Origin: Candidatus Poribacteria bacterium | GTDB lineage: Bacteria > Poribacteria > WGA-4E > WGA-3G | Assembly (NCBI GenBank): GCA_965215265.1 | Contig: OZ244048.1 | Coordinates: 4,549,989 to 4,613,988 of the forward strand | DNA: 64,000 nt | Reading direction: 5' to 3' | Shown here: in pieces, positions 36,228-45,147 of the stretch | Position numbering within the stretch: position 1 is the stretch's first letter | Layout: each line of letters starts with the position of its first letter | Notes under the pieces: model-generated | The model's input: only the letters and a program-made list of their open reading frames with translations | What the model was told of the DNA's origin: nothing | Database searches by the model: none | Position numbers and translations under genes: made by a program

Positions 36228-37085
36228 CTATCCGTCTCTGGAATGAAAGTCTTCTGTCGCTAATTTTAATGTATTTTCTAACAACATTGCACGTGTCATT
36301 GGGCCCACTCCACCAGGCACGGGCGTGATAAACCGGGCGATATGTTTGACTTCGTCAAATTTTATGTCGCCGACAGCACGATTCTCAAAATGGTTAATTC
36401 CGACATCAATCACCGTCGCCCCGGTTTTCACCATATCTGCAGTGATGAACATCGGTTTACCAACCGCGACGATAAGAATATCCGCTTTTTTCGTCTCTGC
36501 TGCGAGGTTGTTTGTCTTCGAATGGCAGTATGTGACGGTTGCATCCCGGTTGAGGAGCATCATGCCTACCGATTTACCGACGAGAGGACTGCGCCCGACA
36601 CAGACCGCGTGCTTTCCAGCAATCGGCTGTTCTGTCGATTCAATAAGTCGGATAATTCCAGAGGGCGTGCACGGCGTGATGCATTCTCTATTGATGAGTA
36701 AATTCCCTAAATTGACAGGGTTGAGCCCGTCTGCATCTTTATGAGGCGCGATGGCATCAATAACTGCATGGGCATCAATTTGACGTGGAAGCGGCATTTG
36801 CACCAGCAGGCCGTGTATATCTTGCCGGATATTGAGCGTTTCAATATGGTGAATGAGTCGCTGTTGGGTGATATCCGCCGGGAGACGATGAACTTCTGAA
36901 TGGAAATGGACTTTTTCGCAATCCCGTTGCTTATGTTTTATATACAGGGTTGATGCTGCATCATCGCCGACTTGAACAACAGCAAGCCCTGGCGTGAACG
37001 TTAGTTTTTTGACATCCCGCCGGATTTGACTCCGGATGCGCTGCGCAAGGCGACTCCCATTAAGGATTTCTACCGACAAATGCAT
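36228..37085 (-). CDS. folD: Bifunctional methylenetetrahydrofolate dehydrogenase / methenyl-THF cyclohydrolase
   Basis: GLAVVQVGDDAASTLYIKHK, HGLLVQMPLP, TPCTPSGI, VGRSPLVGKSVGMMLL and ITPVPGGVGPMT. Confidence 0.92.
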   Translation of the reverse strand: MHLSVEILNGSRLAQRIRSQIRRDVKKLTFTPGLAVVQVGDDAASTLYIKHKQRDCEKVHFHSEVHRLPADITQQRLIHHIETLNIRQDIHGLLVQMPLPRQIDAHAVIDAIAPHKDADGLNPVNLGNLLINRECITPCTPSGIIRLIESTEQPIAGKHAVCVGRSPLVGKSVGMMLLNRDATVTYCHSKTNNLAAETKKADILIVAVGKPMFITADMVKTGATVIDVGINHFENRAVGDIKFDEVKHIARFITPVPGGVGPMTRAMLLENTLKLATEDFHSRDG

Positions 37086-37441
37086 TTTCCTCCGATTCTA
37101 AGATAACTCAAAGGTCGCTCAGTATTCTGTGAATTGTTTTTATAAATACCGAAGAGCAATCCGAGCAGAATTAGCCTCCGCAATTATTATACAATATTTT
37201 TATCTTTCTGTCTACAATTTTTCTTGATACCGTCTGCTAATTCTGTTATCATGTCTATTATGCGAATGCGAAAACTGGGCTCATATCTCTAACAGAACAG
37301 TCCCGGGATTCTATGCCACGCTGCAGCAATAGGATAGGCACGGCAGCCCCAGAACGGTATTAGCATTAATTCAGTCAATCTGGAGAAGTGAGACTTGTAG
37401 AGTGTTTAACAGACGATGTTGAAGAAGAGAGGAGAATAAAA

Positions 37442-38614
37442 ATGATTCGAGCCGGTGTAGGGCATTCCCAAAGCCTTTCTACCACGGAAGCAGCCGAACG
37501 CGCAACTCTCATGGCGATGGGGAATGCAGGTATTGCAAAGGCAGACCTGGCAATTGTGTTTGCAACCATCAATTACCAGACAGAATATCAAGAGTTGTTC
37601 AGCTCGGTTCAGGCGTGCTCTGGTTGTGAACGGCTGGTTGGGGGCAGTGGAATGAGTGTCCTGACTTCAGCCGGGGAATTTGAAGGACAACCGGCACTGG
37701 CTGTGATGGTTATTCGCAGTGAACAAATGTCGGCCATTTCGTTTAGCATGCAAGGTACTGAATCCGAAATCGCTACCCAAATACGGCGTCGCGTTCACCC
37801 TGAGATGCAGGAGAATTCGCTGTTGATAGTTTTGCCGGATATCCGTTCTATGAATCCTACGGAATTAGTCAAACAGGTCGGGACGGATGGCGAGAAACTT
37901 CCTATCGTTGGTGCGGCGATATCCGGGGATGCGACCGGTGCTCAGATGTACCATTGGGCGGGTCATGAAGCAAGAGAAGGGGGTGTGGCAGGGGTTATGC
38001 TGACCGGAGAGTTTCATACTGAGGTAGGGGTTGCACAAGGCTGTCAACCTGTTGGCAAACCTTATGAAATTACGAAATCCCAAGGGCGCATTATCTTTGA
38101 ATTAGACGGCAGTCCTGCTCTGGAACGTTTCAAACAGACATTGCAACTGCTTACGCGCGAGGATATTCGCCAATCGGGGGGCATGGTTTTTGCTGGCATT
38201 GCGATGGATGCCGCGAATCGTGAACCTGCACGCGGAGACTTCCTGATTCGCAATCTGGTTGGAGTGAATGAAGAACATGCTGCTATTGCACTATCAGAGA
38301 AAGTTGAGGATGGGCAATTAGTTCAATTTCATCTGCGTAACGCGCCGGCGGCAAAAGCTGAAATCCGCTCGATTATAGAGCAATTATCAGAAAAAACGTG
38401 GGAACACCCCCCTGCTTTTGGGCTCTATTTTAACTGCTTAGGCCGTGGCAAAGGGCTCTATGGCGAATTAAATCACGACATTACAGTTATCGAAGAGAAG
38501 TTTCCTGGGGTGCCGGTTATCGGATTTTTCGGGAATTCAGAGTTCGCACCGATTGGTAACGAGAACTTCGTGCATACGTATACCGGCGTGCTTGTCCTGT
38601 GTTCAGCTGCCTAA
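37442..38614 (+). CDS. FIST domain (FIST_N/FIST_C) sensory protein
   Basis: A GAGGAG RBS lies before the ATG at 37442; the ORF track begins at a GTG at 37388. Overall layout: MIRAGVGHSQS...TEAAERA, DLAIVFAT..., and a C-terminal GFFGNSEFAP. This is typical of FIST proteins as I recall them. Confidence 0.65.
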   Translation: MIRAGVGHSQSLSTTEAAERATLMAMGNAGIAKADLAIVFATINYQTEYQELFSSVQACSGCERLVGGSGMSVLTSAGEFEGQPALAVMVIRSEQMSAISFSMQGTESEIATQIRRRVHPEMQENSLLIVLPDIRSMNPTELVKQVGTDGEKLPIVGAAISGDATGAQMYHWAGHEAREGGVAGVMLTGEFHTEVGVAQGCQPVGKPYEITKSQGRIIFELDGSPALERFKQTLQLLTREDIRQSGGMVFAGIAMDAANREPARGDFLIRNLVGVNEEHAAIALSEKVEDGQLVQFHLRNAPAAKAEIRSIIEQLSEKTWEHPPAFGLYFNCLGRGKGLYGELNHDITVIEEKFPGVPVIGFFGNSEFAPIGNENFVHTYTGVLVLCSAA

Positions 38615-40719
38615 TTTCCTGAGGAGGTCAGACGTTTCTGCTGTTGTTGTAGATAGTGTTTGACTGCATTTGCATCAGTTGCTTGGATGCCTAGAGTCCC
38701 GGCTTCGTCAATCAGGATTTCAATTTGCACTACCCGTTTCTCATCATCTGCCAAAAGCAGCTTTTCTGCGTTTTTATACGCCTCTGCGGCGCGGGCAGTT
38801 TCACCCAATTCTTGGTGTATCACTGCGATGTACACGTAGGCAGCAGCGAGCCTTGGGGAGTTTGGACGGAGCTGGATAAACTCCTCAAACGCAAATCGGG
38901 CTTCTGTGTAACGCCTATCCTTGTAATGGACGCGCCCGATGCGAAATTGTGCCCTATCCGCAAAACTATCCTTATACCCGACGGCGAGGTACCGGTCGCG
39001 TTCCGGATAGCCAATCGTCGTCTGGTACGCTTCCAGTGCATCGTTGTAGCGGTTCAGTTTGCTGTAGAGCTCGCCCAGCTGGAAGTTTGCCATCATCGCC
39101 TGCAAAGCATCTGGGTGCTGTTCAATCACATTTTGGTATACACTGAGCGCCTTATGCAGATTAGAGAACTGTTCAGCGTAAATAATCCCTGTGCGATAGA
39201 GTGCCTCGGCAGCATAAACGGATTGTGATTTTCCTGCGAGGGTTTCAACAAATTCCACCACTTCTTGGTACGCTTGGATGGCTTGGGAATAGTCAGTTAA
39301 TTGCCGTTCATAGATGGTGCCTATTTGCAACAGGGCTCTCGTCTTTTCAGTATCGTTTAACGTTTCCAACTGAATATGAGTGCGCAGGTTTTGTATGGTG
39401 GCATGGTGTGCCATTGAAGGGAGCTGTGCCGCTGTCTGCTTCGCATAGACTGTGCCAGGTGCGGTCGAGATGAGGGCTTGGGCGATAATTAATGCCTCTG
39501 CAAAGTTGTTATTTCCTATTGCTTCTTGCAGTCTCTCATATTCTACCTTCGACATCTCCTTCTGCAATTTTACAATCTTTGCCTGAATCAGCGACTTCAC
39601 CTCGGAAACATCCTTGTCATACATTGAAATCTGCCCTAAGTAACCCGGTTGAAGATGAGGTAGGTAAACGTAAAGGAACGTTTCAAACGCCTCTACAGCC
39701 TTAGGATAGTTTCGGTTCTGTTCATGACAGATGCCTATCCAATAGTGAACTGCGTGCATATTCCAGAAGTTCGGATATTTCTGTTTGAGTTCTTCAAAAA
39801 CGAGAAGCGCCTTTTGGATGCTTTGATTAGGAGGTGTCGTGTGAGTTTGCCCTGGCAATGCAGCTGCTGTTCGATAGAGATTTGCCAATTGGAAGAGCGC
39901 CTCTGCAGCGAAATTGCTAGTCGGGTACGTATCGACGACCGTCTGGTATGCGTCAATTGCGTCAGACAATTGGTTGAGTACGGTATGCCTGAGATGTGCA
40001 ATTCGCCATTGTGCCTCTGGTGCAACGGGTGCCTCCGGGTAGGCTTTCAGCAAGAGCTTGTAAGCTGCAATTGCCTCTTCTGGCCGATTGAGCTGGGCAT
40101 GGTTACGGTAGAGCTCAGCTATCTGAAATTGGGCGATGGCCCCAAGTGGGGTACCTTGATATTGGCGAACATGTGCTTGCTGGACTTGTAGTGCCGCGAG
40201 CGCAGTCCGAATATCGCGAATTTTCTGTAAACCGGTCTTATGCACAAAGTGCGTGGCGGGTGCCAATTCAACGAGGAGATGGTAGGTTTGCATCGCCTCT
40301 TCGTATTTCCCCATTCGGCAGTAGACATCGCCTTTCTTAATAGAGGCAAGGAAGAGCTCCTCACTCGGCAGTCCTTTTTTCTCTAGCTGCAGGATTTTGT
40401 CGTAAACCTGCACCGCCTCTGCATACTGCTGTGTATAGTTAGAATGGATTTCTCCAATCTGGTAGTAGCACCAACTTTGCACTTCAACGTCTTTGGCAGA
40501 TCCGGCAAGAACCGCAAGTTTATCTACTGCTTCTGAGTAGCGGCCGCCTCGAATTAAGACGTTCACTTCCTCAAATTGTGCATGAGCGACAGAGAGTATC
40601 GTCATACTGAGGAGAAATATCAGCCCTGCCTGTATCAAACGTCTAATTGTCTGCTGCATTCCGACTCCTATACGGTTTGTACTCTTCTGGATGGTTAGAT
40701 TTTGATAGTATTGTGCCAT
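38611..40719 (-). CDS. Tetratricopeptide (TPR) repeat protein, exported or anchored
   Basis: 702 aa. An N-terminal hydrophobic segment is followed by many YxxAxxxYxxxxxxxP-type TPR units. It is the last gene of the sigma/anti-sigma operon. Confidence 0.8.
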   Translation of the reverse strand: MAQYYQNLTIQKSTNRIGVGMQQTIRRLIQAGLIFLLSMTILSVAHAQFEEVNVLIRGGRYSEAVDKLAVLAGSAKDVEVQSWCYYQIGEIHSNYTQQYAEAVQVYDKILQLEKKGLPSEELFLASIKKGDVYCRMGKYEEAMQTYHLLVELAPATHFVHKTGLQKIRDIRTALAALQVQQAHVRQYQGTPLGAIAQFQIAELYRNHAQLNRPEEAIAAYKLLLKAYPEAPVAPEAQWRIAHLRHTVLNQLSDAIDAYQTVVDTYPTSNFAAEALFQLANLYRTAAALPGQTHTTPPNQSIQKALLVFEELKQKYPNFWNMHAVHYWIGICHEQNRNYPKAVEAFETFLYVYLPHLQPGYLGQISMYDKDVSEVKSLIQAKIVKLQKEMSKVEYERLQEAIGNNNFAEALIIAQALISTAPGTVYAKQTAAQLPSMAHHATIQNLRTHIQLETLNDTEKTRALLQIGTIYERQLTDYSQAIQAYQEVVEFVETLAGKSQSVYAAEALYRTGIIYAEQFSNLHKALSVYQNVIEQHPDALQAMMANFQLGELYSKLNRYNDALEAYQTTIGYPERDRYLAVGYKDSFADRAQFRIGRVHYKDRRYTEARFAFEEFIQLRPNSPRLAAAYVYIAVIHQELGETARAAEAYKNAEKLLLADDEKRVVQIEILIDEAGTLGIQATDANAVKHYLQQQQKRLTSSGN

Positions 40720-40726
40720 GCTTTGT

Positions 40727-41356
40727 CTACCTGAGGCGCTGCAGATGCGTATTCGCTACCTTTGCGAAATGCGTGCCTTGTGCCTGCTCCTTTACTCGCT
40801 GGAATCGACCGGCTGCCTCCCAGGCATCGTTTCGGAGATGCCCGGTAATCAGAGCGTCCTCTAGGCTTCGTTGAATGTACTCTTGTTCGTATTGTTTAAT
40901 TCGGGCATCGGCGGATTCGACGCTGCTGACACGCAAGGCCGGCTGTTGTTCAAAAGGTTTGGTAAAGAAGACCGTTATTGCAATTAGCACAATAGCTACA
41001 GCACTGGCGGTGACTGTTCGCTGCCAACGCGCTAAAGGACGCTGGGGCCATTCAAGTAATATCTGTGCCAGGTGCCGGAGGTGCGCCTGGAAAGTCCGCT
41101 TATCTGTCGAAGAACTAGCAGCGAGACGCTTGTAGACGTTCTTCTCAATATCTCGGAGGGCAAGCACCGGCACGTCTAATTCAAATTCCGTCTCCTCTGT
41201 CAGGTCAAGAACCGCTTTAACAACTCGAACTGCTTCGGTGCAAGTCGCACAATGCTTGAGATGTTTTTCAAAGGTATCGACTTCCGGCTCAGATAAAAGA
41301 TTATAAACGTAATCAATAGCATGGTCTTCAAACTTTTCACAACTTTGCATAAACAT
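40727..41356 (-). CDS. Putative anti-sigma factor (zf-HC2) with one TM segment
   Basis: HLKHCATCTEAV motif near the N-terminus and a central TM segment, TASAVAIVLIAITVFF. It sits immediately downstream of the ECF sigma gene. Confidence 0.7.
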   Translation of the reverse strand: MFMQSCEKFEDHAIDYVYNLLSEPEVDTFEKHLKHCATCTEAVRVVKAVLDLTEETEFELDVPVLALRDIEKNVYKRLAASSSTDKRTFQAHLRHLAQILLEWPQRPLARWQRTVTASAVAIVLIAITVFFTKPFEQQPALRVSSVESADARIKQYEQEYIQRSLEDALITGHLRNDAWEAAGRFQRVKEQAQGTHFAKVANTHLQRLR

Positions 41357-41368
41357 CCTCCTTTTTCG

Positions 41369-41950
41369 TCAAATTTCATGATTTTCCCAGAGCGGCCGCA
41401 GGAGAGTTTGTAAGCGTTTGACGGCCCGGTGCAGATGAATCTTTACCGTGCCCTCTGCCATACCGAGGGTTTCCGCTGCCTCTTTAATGGAAAACCCTTC
41501 GTAGCGGCATAGCATGAAAACGGATTTCTGCTTAGCGGACAGTTGCGCGACAGCTTCGCGGATAATCCGGCCCCGTTCTTTCTCCTCTAGCAGTTTAACG
41601 GGATCGCTCGCAAGATCGGTGGCTATCAGCCTGGATTCCGGGATTTCTTCATCCTCTAATAAATAGACAGGGTTACGTGCTTTCGCACGATGATGATCGA
41701 CAGCAAGGTTAGAGGCAATTTTATAAAGCCATGTCGAAAATTTGGCCTTGGGCTGCCAATTATCGAGGGCACGATATACCTTGACAAACACTTCAATAGT
41801 GATATCCTCCGCATCCTCATAATTCTTGACAGAACGGAACAGATAGGAGAAAATTCTGGATTTGTAGCGTTTCATCAATTCGTCAAAGGCACTCTGATGA
41901 CCGGCTTGAAACTGAGCAACTAACTTCTCATCGTCAATCCAATTATCCAT
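41369..41950 (-). CDS. ECF-type RNA polymerase sigma factor
   Basis: Region 2 is DAEDITIEVFVKVYRALDNWQPKAKFSTWLYKIASN. Region 4 is QKSVFMLCRYEGFSIKEAAETLGMAEGTVKIHLHRA. I prefer the MDNWIDDEK start (ATG at 41950, AGGA upstream). The maximal ORF runs to 42058. Confidence 0.9.
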   Translation of the reverse strand: MDNWIDDEKLVAQFQAGHQSAFDELMKRYKSRIFSYLFRSVKNYEDAEDITIEVFVKVYRALDNWQPKAKFSTWLYKIASNLAVDHHRAKARNPVYLLEDEEIPESRLIATDLASDPVKLLEEKERGRIIREAVAQLSAKQKSVFMLCRYEGFSIKEAAETLGMAEGTVKIHLHRAVKRLQTLLRPLWENHEI

Positions 41951-42076
41951 AATTCCTGCTACATAAAACGAAGCGAACAGAGAACACACTAGTGGGCGAT
42001 GCGAGGGCTCGCTTGTTGCGGGATTTGCATAAACTCTTATTATTTCAAACGATGGCACTCAAAAAAAGTTTACACG

Positions 42077-42251
42077 TTTTTTGTATATTTCAGCACATCA
42101 ACGCCTGATGTTTTTCTAAAATCTTTACAAATCTCGTATGAGCCTTTCGAGGTTATGAATTCTAAACATAAAATATCTCTGGCGAGATTTGTGCGAGGTT
42201 GTTCATTAAATCCATCGGTGACGGGCTGAAAGATTGGAATCAATGAAAAAA
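42077..42251. mobile_element. Copy of the palindromic MITE-like element, 3' of the second PD-(D/E)XK gene
   Basis: TTTTTTGTATATTTCAGCACATCAACGCCTGAT ... TACAAATCTCGTATGAGCC-TTTCGAGGTTATGAATTCTAAACA-...GGCGAGATTTGTGCGAGG ... GGGCTGAAAGATTGGAATCAATGAAAAAA. Confidence 0.6.
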
Positions 42252-42386
42252 GGCGGCATGCCGGAGCCACGTGCCCTAGTTAGGTGAATTTACATCTCAC
42301 TGAGTTTACTCTTGTGCCTTAAGCGTCGCCCAGCATTCTGTGAGTTTACCGTCCGCACTCAGATGCCCTTTCAAGCGGGTTGTCTG

Positions 42387-43310
42387 CTACGTGTCGGTGT
42401 GGTTGTCAGCTGCCTCCAGCTGCCGCACGAGTTCTGCACGCAGCGCCGGAGATAAATGAAGTCCGGCTAACCGCTCATCGGGAGTGAGTCCTTTGACGCG
42501 CTCATCGGCACTTAGGCGTGCTAACATATCGGTGCGTTCTTGAGGGCTCAAGCGGGACAGCATGTCCGCACGCTCCTCCGATGTCAGTGCAGACAGCAGC
42601 TTCGGACCTAAAGTCGTCGCAACTTCGCGAAGACGACTCTGAAAGAAATCTTGACGGCCTTCCATTTCACAAACCTCCTCCGTGACTTCCGGCTGCAAAT
42701 ACAACGCGGAGTCAAAATATAACGTATTCTCTTCCGTTATCACCCGCCGCAGGAACGCACGAAACTGTTTCTGCGACGACGCAAACAGCAGCAACCAATA
42801 ATTCGGCTCAACCACCTCCACTTCATTGCAAACCAACAGATGCACCGGCACGCCATCCATCAACCGATAATGCCCTGCCGCCAATGGCTCCCACGGCTCC
42901 CCAAAAGGCGGACGGGAGAGCAGTGCCCGCGGCTTCCGAGACGACACTATCGTCAAGGTAACCTCCGTGTCTGGCACCTTATGCGCTGCGAGATAACCAC
43001 GCGCACGCATACAAATCCGGTGATACGCCGAGGCATTCAACGGATCGTTCTGCCCTTTGAATTCGAACAGATTATACGTCCGTAAGTAAGAGAGCAGCGG
43101 GTGCGCACGCACTCTCGTGCGTGCCGCCGCGCTTTCGAGGAGAGCGAGTGCATCTATACGCTGCGGCAACCGGTTGACTTCTATCTCTGTCTGGATAGAG
43201 GCACCCAGCCCAGAGAACAGCAGGGCGAGGAACTCTTTGAAGAAAGGGTCCCAAAACTGCCGTTTGCTTTGTGTTTGTTTGGATGTCTCTGGTGCCGTAG
43301 TTTGCCTCAT
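42387..43310 (-). CDS. PD-(D/E)XK nuclease-fold protein, paralog of the 2140..3360 product
   Basis: 307 aa. The catalytic-type motif is RIDALALL followed by NLFEFK. It shares VTLTIVSS, GHY, VHLLVCNEVEV, NYWLLLF and LYFDSAL blocks with the paralog. The C-terminus has SxEER/SADERVKGL repeats and an EAADNHTDT tail. Confidence 0.8.
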   Translation of the reverse strand: MRQTTAPETSKQTQSKRQFWDPFFKEFLALLFSGLGASIQTEIEVNRLPQRIDALALLESAAARTRVRAHPLLSYLRTYNLFEFKGQNDPLNASAYHRICMRARGYLAAHKVPDTEVTLTIVSSRKPRALLSRPPFGEPWEPLAAGHYRLMDGVPVHLLVCNEVEVVEPNYWLLLFASSQKQFRAFLRRVITEENTLYFDSALYLQPEVTEEVCEMEGRQDFFQSRLREVATTLGPKLLSALTSEERADMLSRLSPQERTDMLARLSADERVKGLTPDERLAGLHLSPALRAELVRQLEAADNHTDT

Positions 43311-43343
43311 CTATCTGCTTAGGTGCTCCACTTCTCATAATAA

Positions 43344-43373
43344 AGTATAGCAGCTTCTCTGTTATTTTGTCAA
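43344..43373 (-). promoter_or_regulatory. Sigma-70-type promoter of the second PD-(D/E)XK gene (TTGACA-18 nt-TATACT)
   Basis: The minus strand reads ctgccTTGACAaaataacagagaagctgcTATACTttatt. The hexamers and 18 nt spacing are identical to those at 3378-3407. Confidence 0.6.
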
Positions 43374-43425
43374 GGCAGTCTCCAGATTTCGCTTCTCAAG
43401 GCGGCCTCGGTGCTTCTCTGAAAAC

Positions 43426-43470
43426 AAAAAAAACCAGGGGCAGCCATGTGAGGGTGGCTGCCCCTGGTTT
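43426..43470 (-). terminator. Rho-independent terminator of the LRR protein gene; same hairpin family as 3484-3530
   Basis: Perfect 12 bp stem CCAGGGGCAGCC / GGCTGCCCCTGG with a 10 nt loop containing GTGAGG. On the minus strand it is followed by T8. Confidence 0.8.
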
Positions 43471-43520
43471 AGGTTAGGTTAACTTAGATTTCACTGAGTT
43501 TATTCTTCCGAGTTAAGTTG

Positions 43521-45113
43521 TTAATTTGCCAGAGGCGAGATATCCGACACTTGCGTATCACTGAGATCCAGCACTCTCAAGTTCGTGAGGTTTGCCAGCG
43601 GCGTGACATCCGACACTGGCGTACCCCCAAGATCCAACTCTTCCAAGTTGGTGGCGTATTCAAGTCCAGTCAGATTTCTAACGTCTGAGCCACTTAAATC
43701 TAGGCTTGTCAAGCCGAGCATATGTACCGAGGTCACAGCCGTCCCCGCGGAGATGTCGAGTGTCTCCTTGATTGCCGCAAGGAGCGTCTCATCCGGAATA
43801 TTCACCTCGACGCTTGTATTTACAGGCACCGTCAGCGTATTCGAGGCACGGCTCAGGTTGCCCACTATGTCCATTGTGGCATCCGCTGGCACCGTTATTT
43901 CCACATCTCCGTCAAAAGCAGACGGCGGCGTGATAGTCGCTCTGTAGACTTTGAAGGCGGAACTATGTTTCACCAACCCCAGATCATCATTCGCCGGCGC
44001 AGAACCGGGATCCCGATGGTCTAAGCCGATTAACATCGGGGCTGAAACCTGCCAATCAGCCGTGGTGGTGCCTAGTGTCACCGCGGTGTCATCTACCTTG
44101 AGCGTGATGTCCGTCGCCTCGAAGCCTCGCGTGGTATCTGCAATCACACCATCAGCGTCATTTCCAATCCCATAATTGTAGAATAGGAATTCCACATCAA
44201 AGGACTCTGTCTGAGTGTCAGGTTCGGTAACAGGCGGATTGGGCTCTGCCGCTTCAAACGGTGCAAAATTCACATAGGCGGTGCGGTAACCCGTCTCAAC
44301 ATCATGAGTATCATCCTTGATCAGGCCGTGGATCCTCACGCTCGCCCGGATAGTATCTATGAGATAGTTAAGACCGTCATGATCAGAAGGGGTCGGCAGC
44401 GGATGACTCCGGTCGTAAAAAATCTGCATCTTGTCATAGTAGATCCTCACATTACTCTGGTCAGTTTTCCACTTATCAGTATTGCCGGTGTTCTCGACGG
44501 GGTTCTCGACGGTAGCAGCTTTATCTATGATGAAATTATTTGCATCGTCAGAATAGGGATCCGGAGTGCGATCTATAACAACGCCATCGCCGAAAACGTC
44601 ATCACCGTCTTGCACCTCGTATCTGAAATATACGACTTTATTATCGGTTCGCGCACCGGTCCTTACTGAATCATAGACGGCAGCTAGCTCAGTAGTGCCA
44701 TCGGGGCGGGTGGTCTCACCGTCCATATCTAGCGCCAGGGCCGGCAGAGCGGACGTTCCATCGTGCTGGACTTTGACATCTATATCAAATGTCAACTTAA
44801 AAACGATTTCATCTGTACTACCGAAAAATTTAACCGCTAGGCCCGTGGTGGGGTTGGAGTACCCCGGAGCAGTAAGAATGCCCGATGTATGGTTTGCTAG
44901 TAGATTCTTCCTAAAATTTCCACCCCGCTCCCAATCTGCAATTAACCGTGACCTGCTGTCCGCATAGAGCGAATCGCCTGTATGTGGACCTTCACTCTCT
45001 ATCTCAACCGACTCTAACATCGGTTTATCTGCCTGCACGGTAGCCATCGGTGCGGCTAACATCGCAATCCCGGCTATCGAAATTACAGATGAGATAAATC
45101 CGCCACTCAACAC
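43521..45113 (-). CDS. Secreted protein with C-terminal leucine-rich repeats (internalin-like LRR)
   Basis: 530 aa, GTG start. The signal-like N-terminus is GGFISSVISIAGIAMLAAPMATVQA. The C-terminal 22-residue LRR units are LTSLDLSGSDVRNLTGLEYATNLEELDLGGTPVSDVTPLANLTNLRVLDLSDTQVSDISPLAN. Confidence 0.75.
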   Translation of the reverse strand: MLSGGFISSVISIAGIAMLAAPMATVQADKPMLESVEIESEGPHTGDSLYADSRSRLIADWERGGNFRKNLLANHTSGILTAPGYSNPTTGLAVKFFGSTDEIVFKLTFDIDVKVQHDGTSALPALALDMDGETTRPDGTTELAAVYDSVRTGARTDNKVVYFRYEVQDGDDVFGDGVVIDRTPDPYSDDANNFIIDKAATVENPVENTGNTDKWKTDQSNVRIYYDKMQIFYDRSHPLPTPSDHDGLNYLIDTIRASVRIHGLIKDDTHDVETGYRTAYVNFAPFEAAEPNPPVTEPDTQTESFDVEFLFYNYGIGNDADGVIADTTRGFEATDITLKVDDTAVTLGTTTADWQVSAPMLIGLDHRDPGSAPANDDLGLVKHSSAFKVYRATITPPSAFDGDVEITVPADATMDIVGNLSRASNTLTVPVNTSVEVNIPDETLLAAIKETLDISAGTAVTSVHMLGLTSLDLSGSDVRNLTGLEYATNLEELDLGGTPVSDVTPLANLTNLRVLDLSDTQVSDISPLAN

Positions 45114-45138
45114 GCAAATAAAACACTTAACATATAGA

Positions 45139-45147
45139 AGGGGGGGG
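45139..45147. repeat. G9/C9 homopolymer tract just upstream of the LRR gene
   Basis: Nine consecutive G on the plus strand (C9 on the coding strand). The tract lies inside a 12-codon upstream ORF. Confidence 0.95.

Noticed and set aside
45139-45147. The C9/G9 tract as a translational phase-variation switch for the LRR gene.
   Set aside because: I translated the -1 and +1 length variants. Both run into stop codons (TGA or TAA) before or shortly after the GTG start and never fuse the upstream ATG to the LRR frame. The interrupting TAA is in frame regardless. A promoter or leader effect remains possible.
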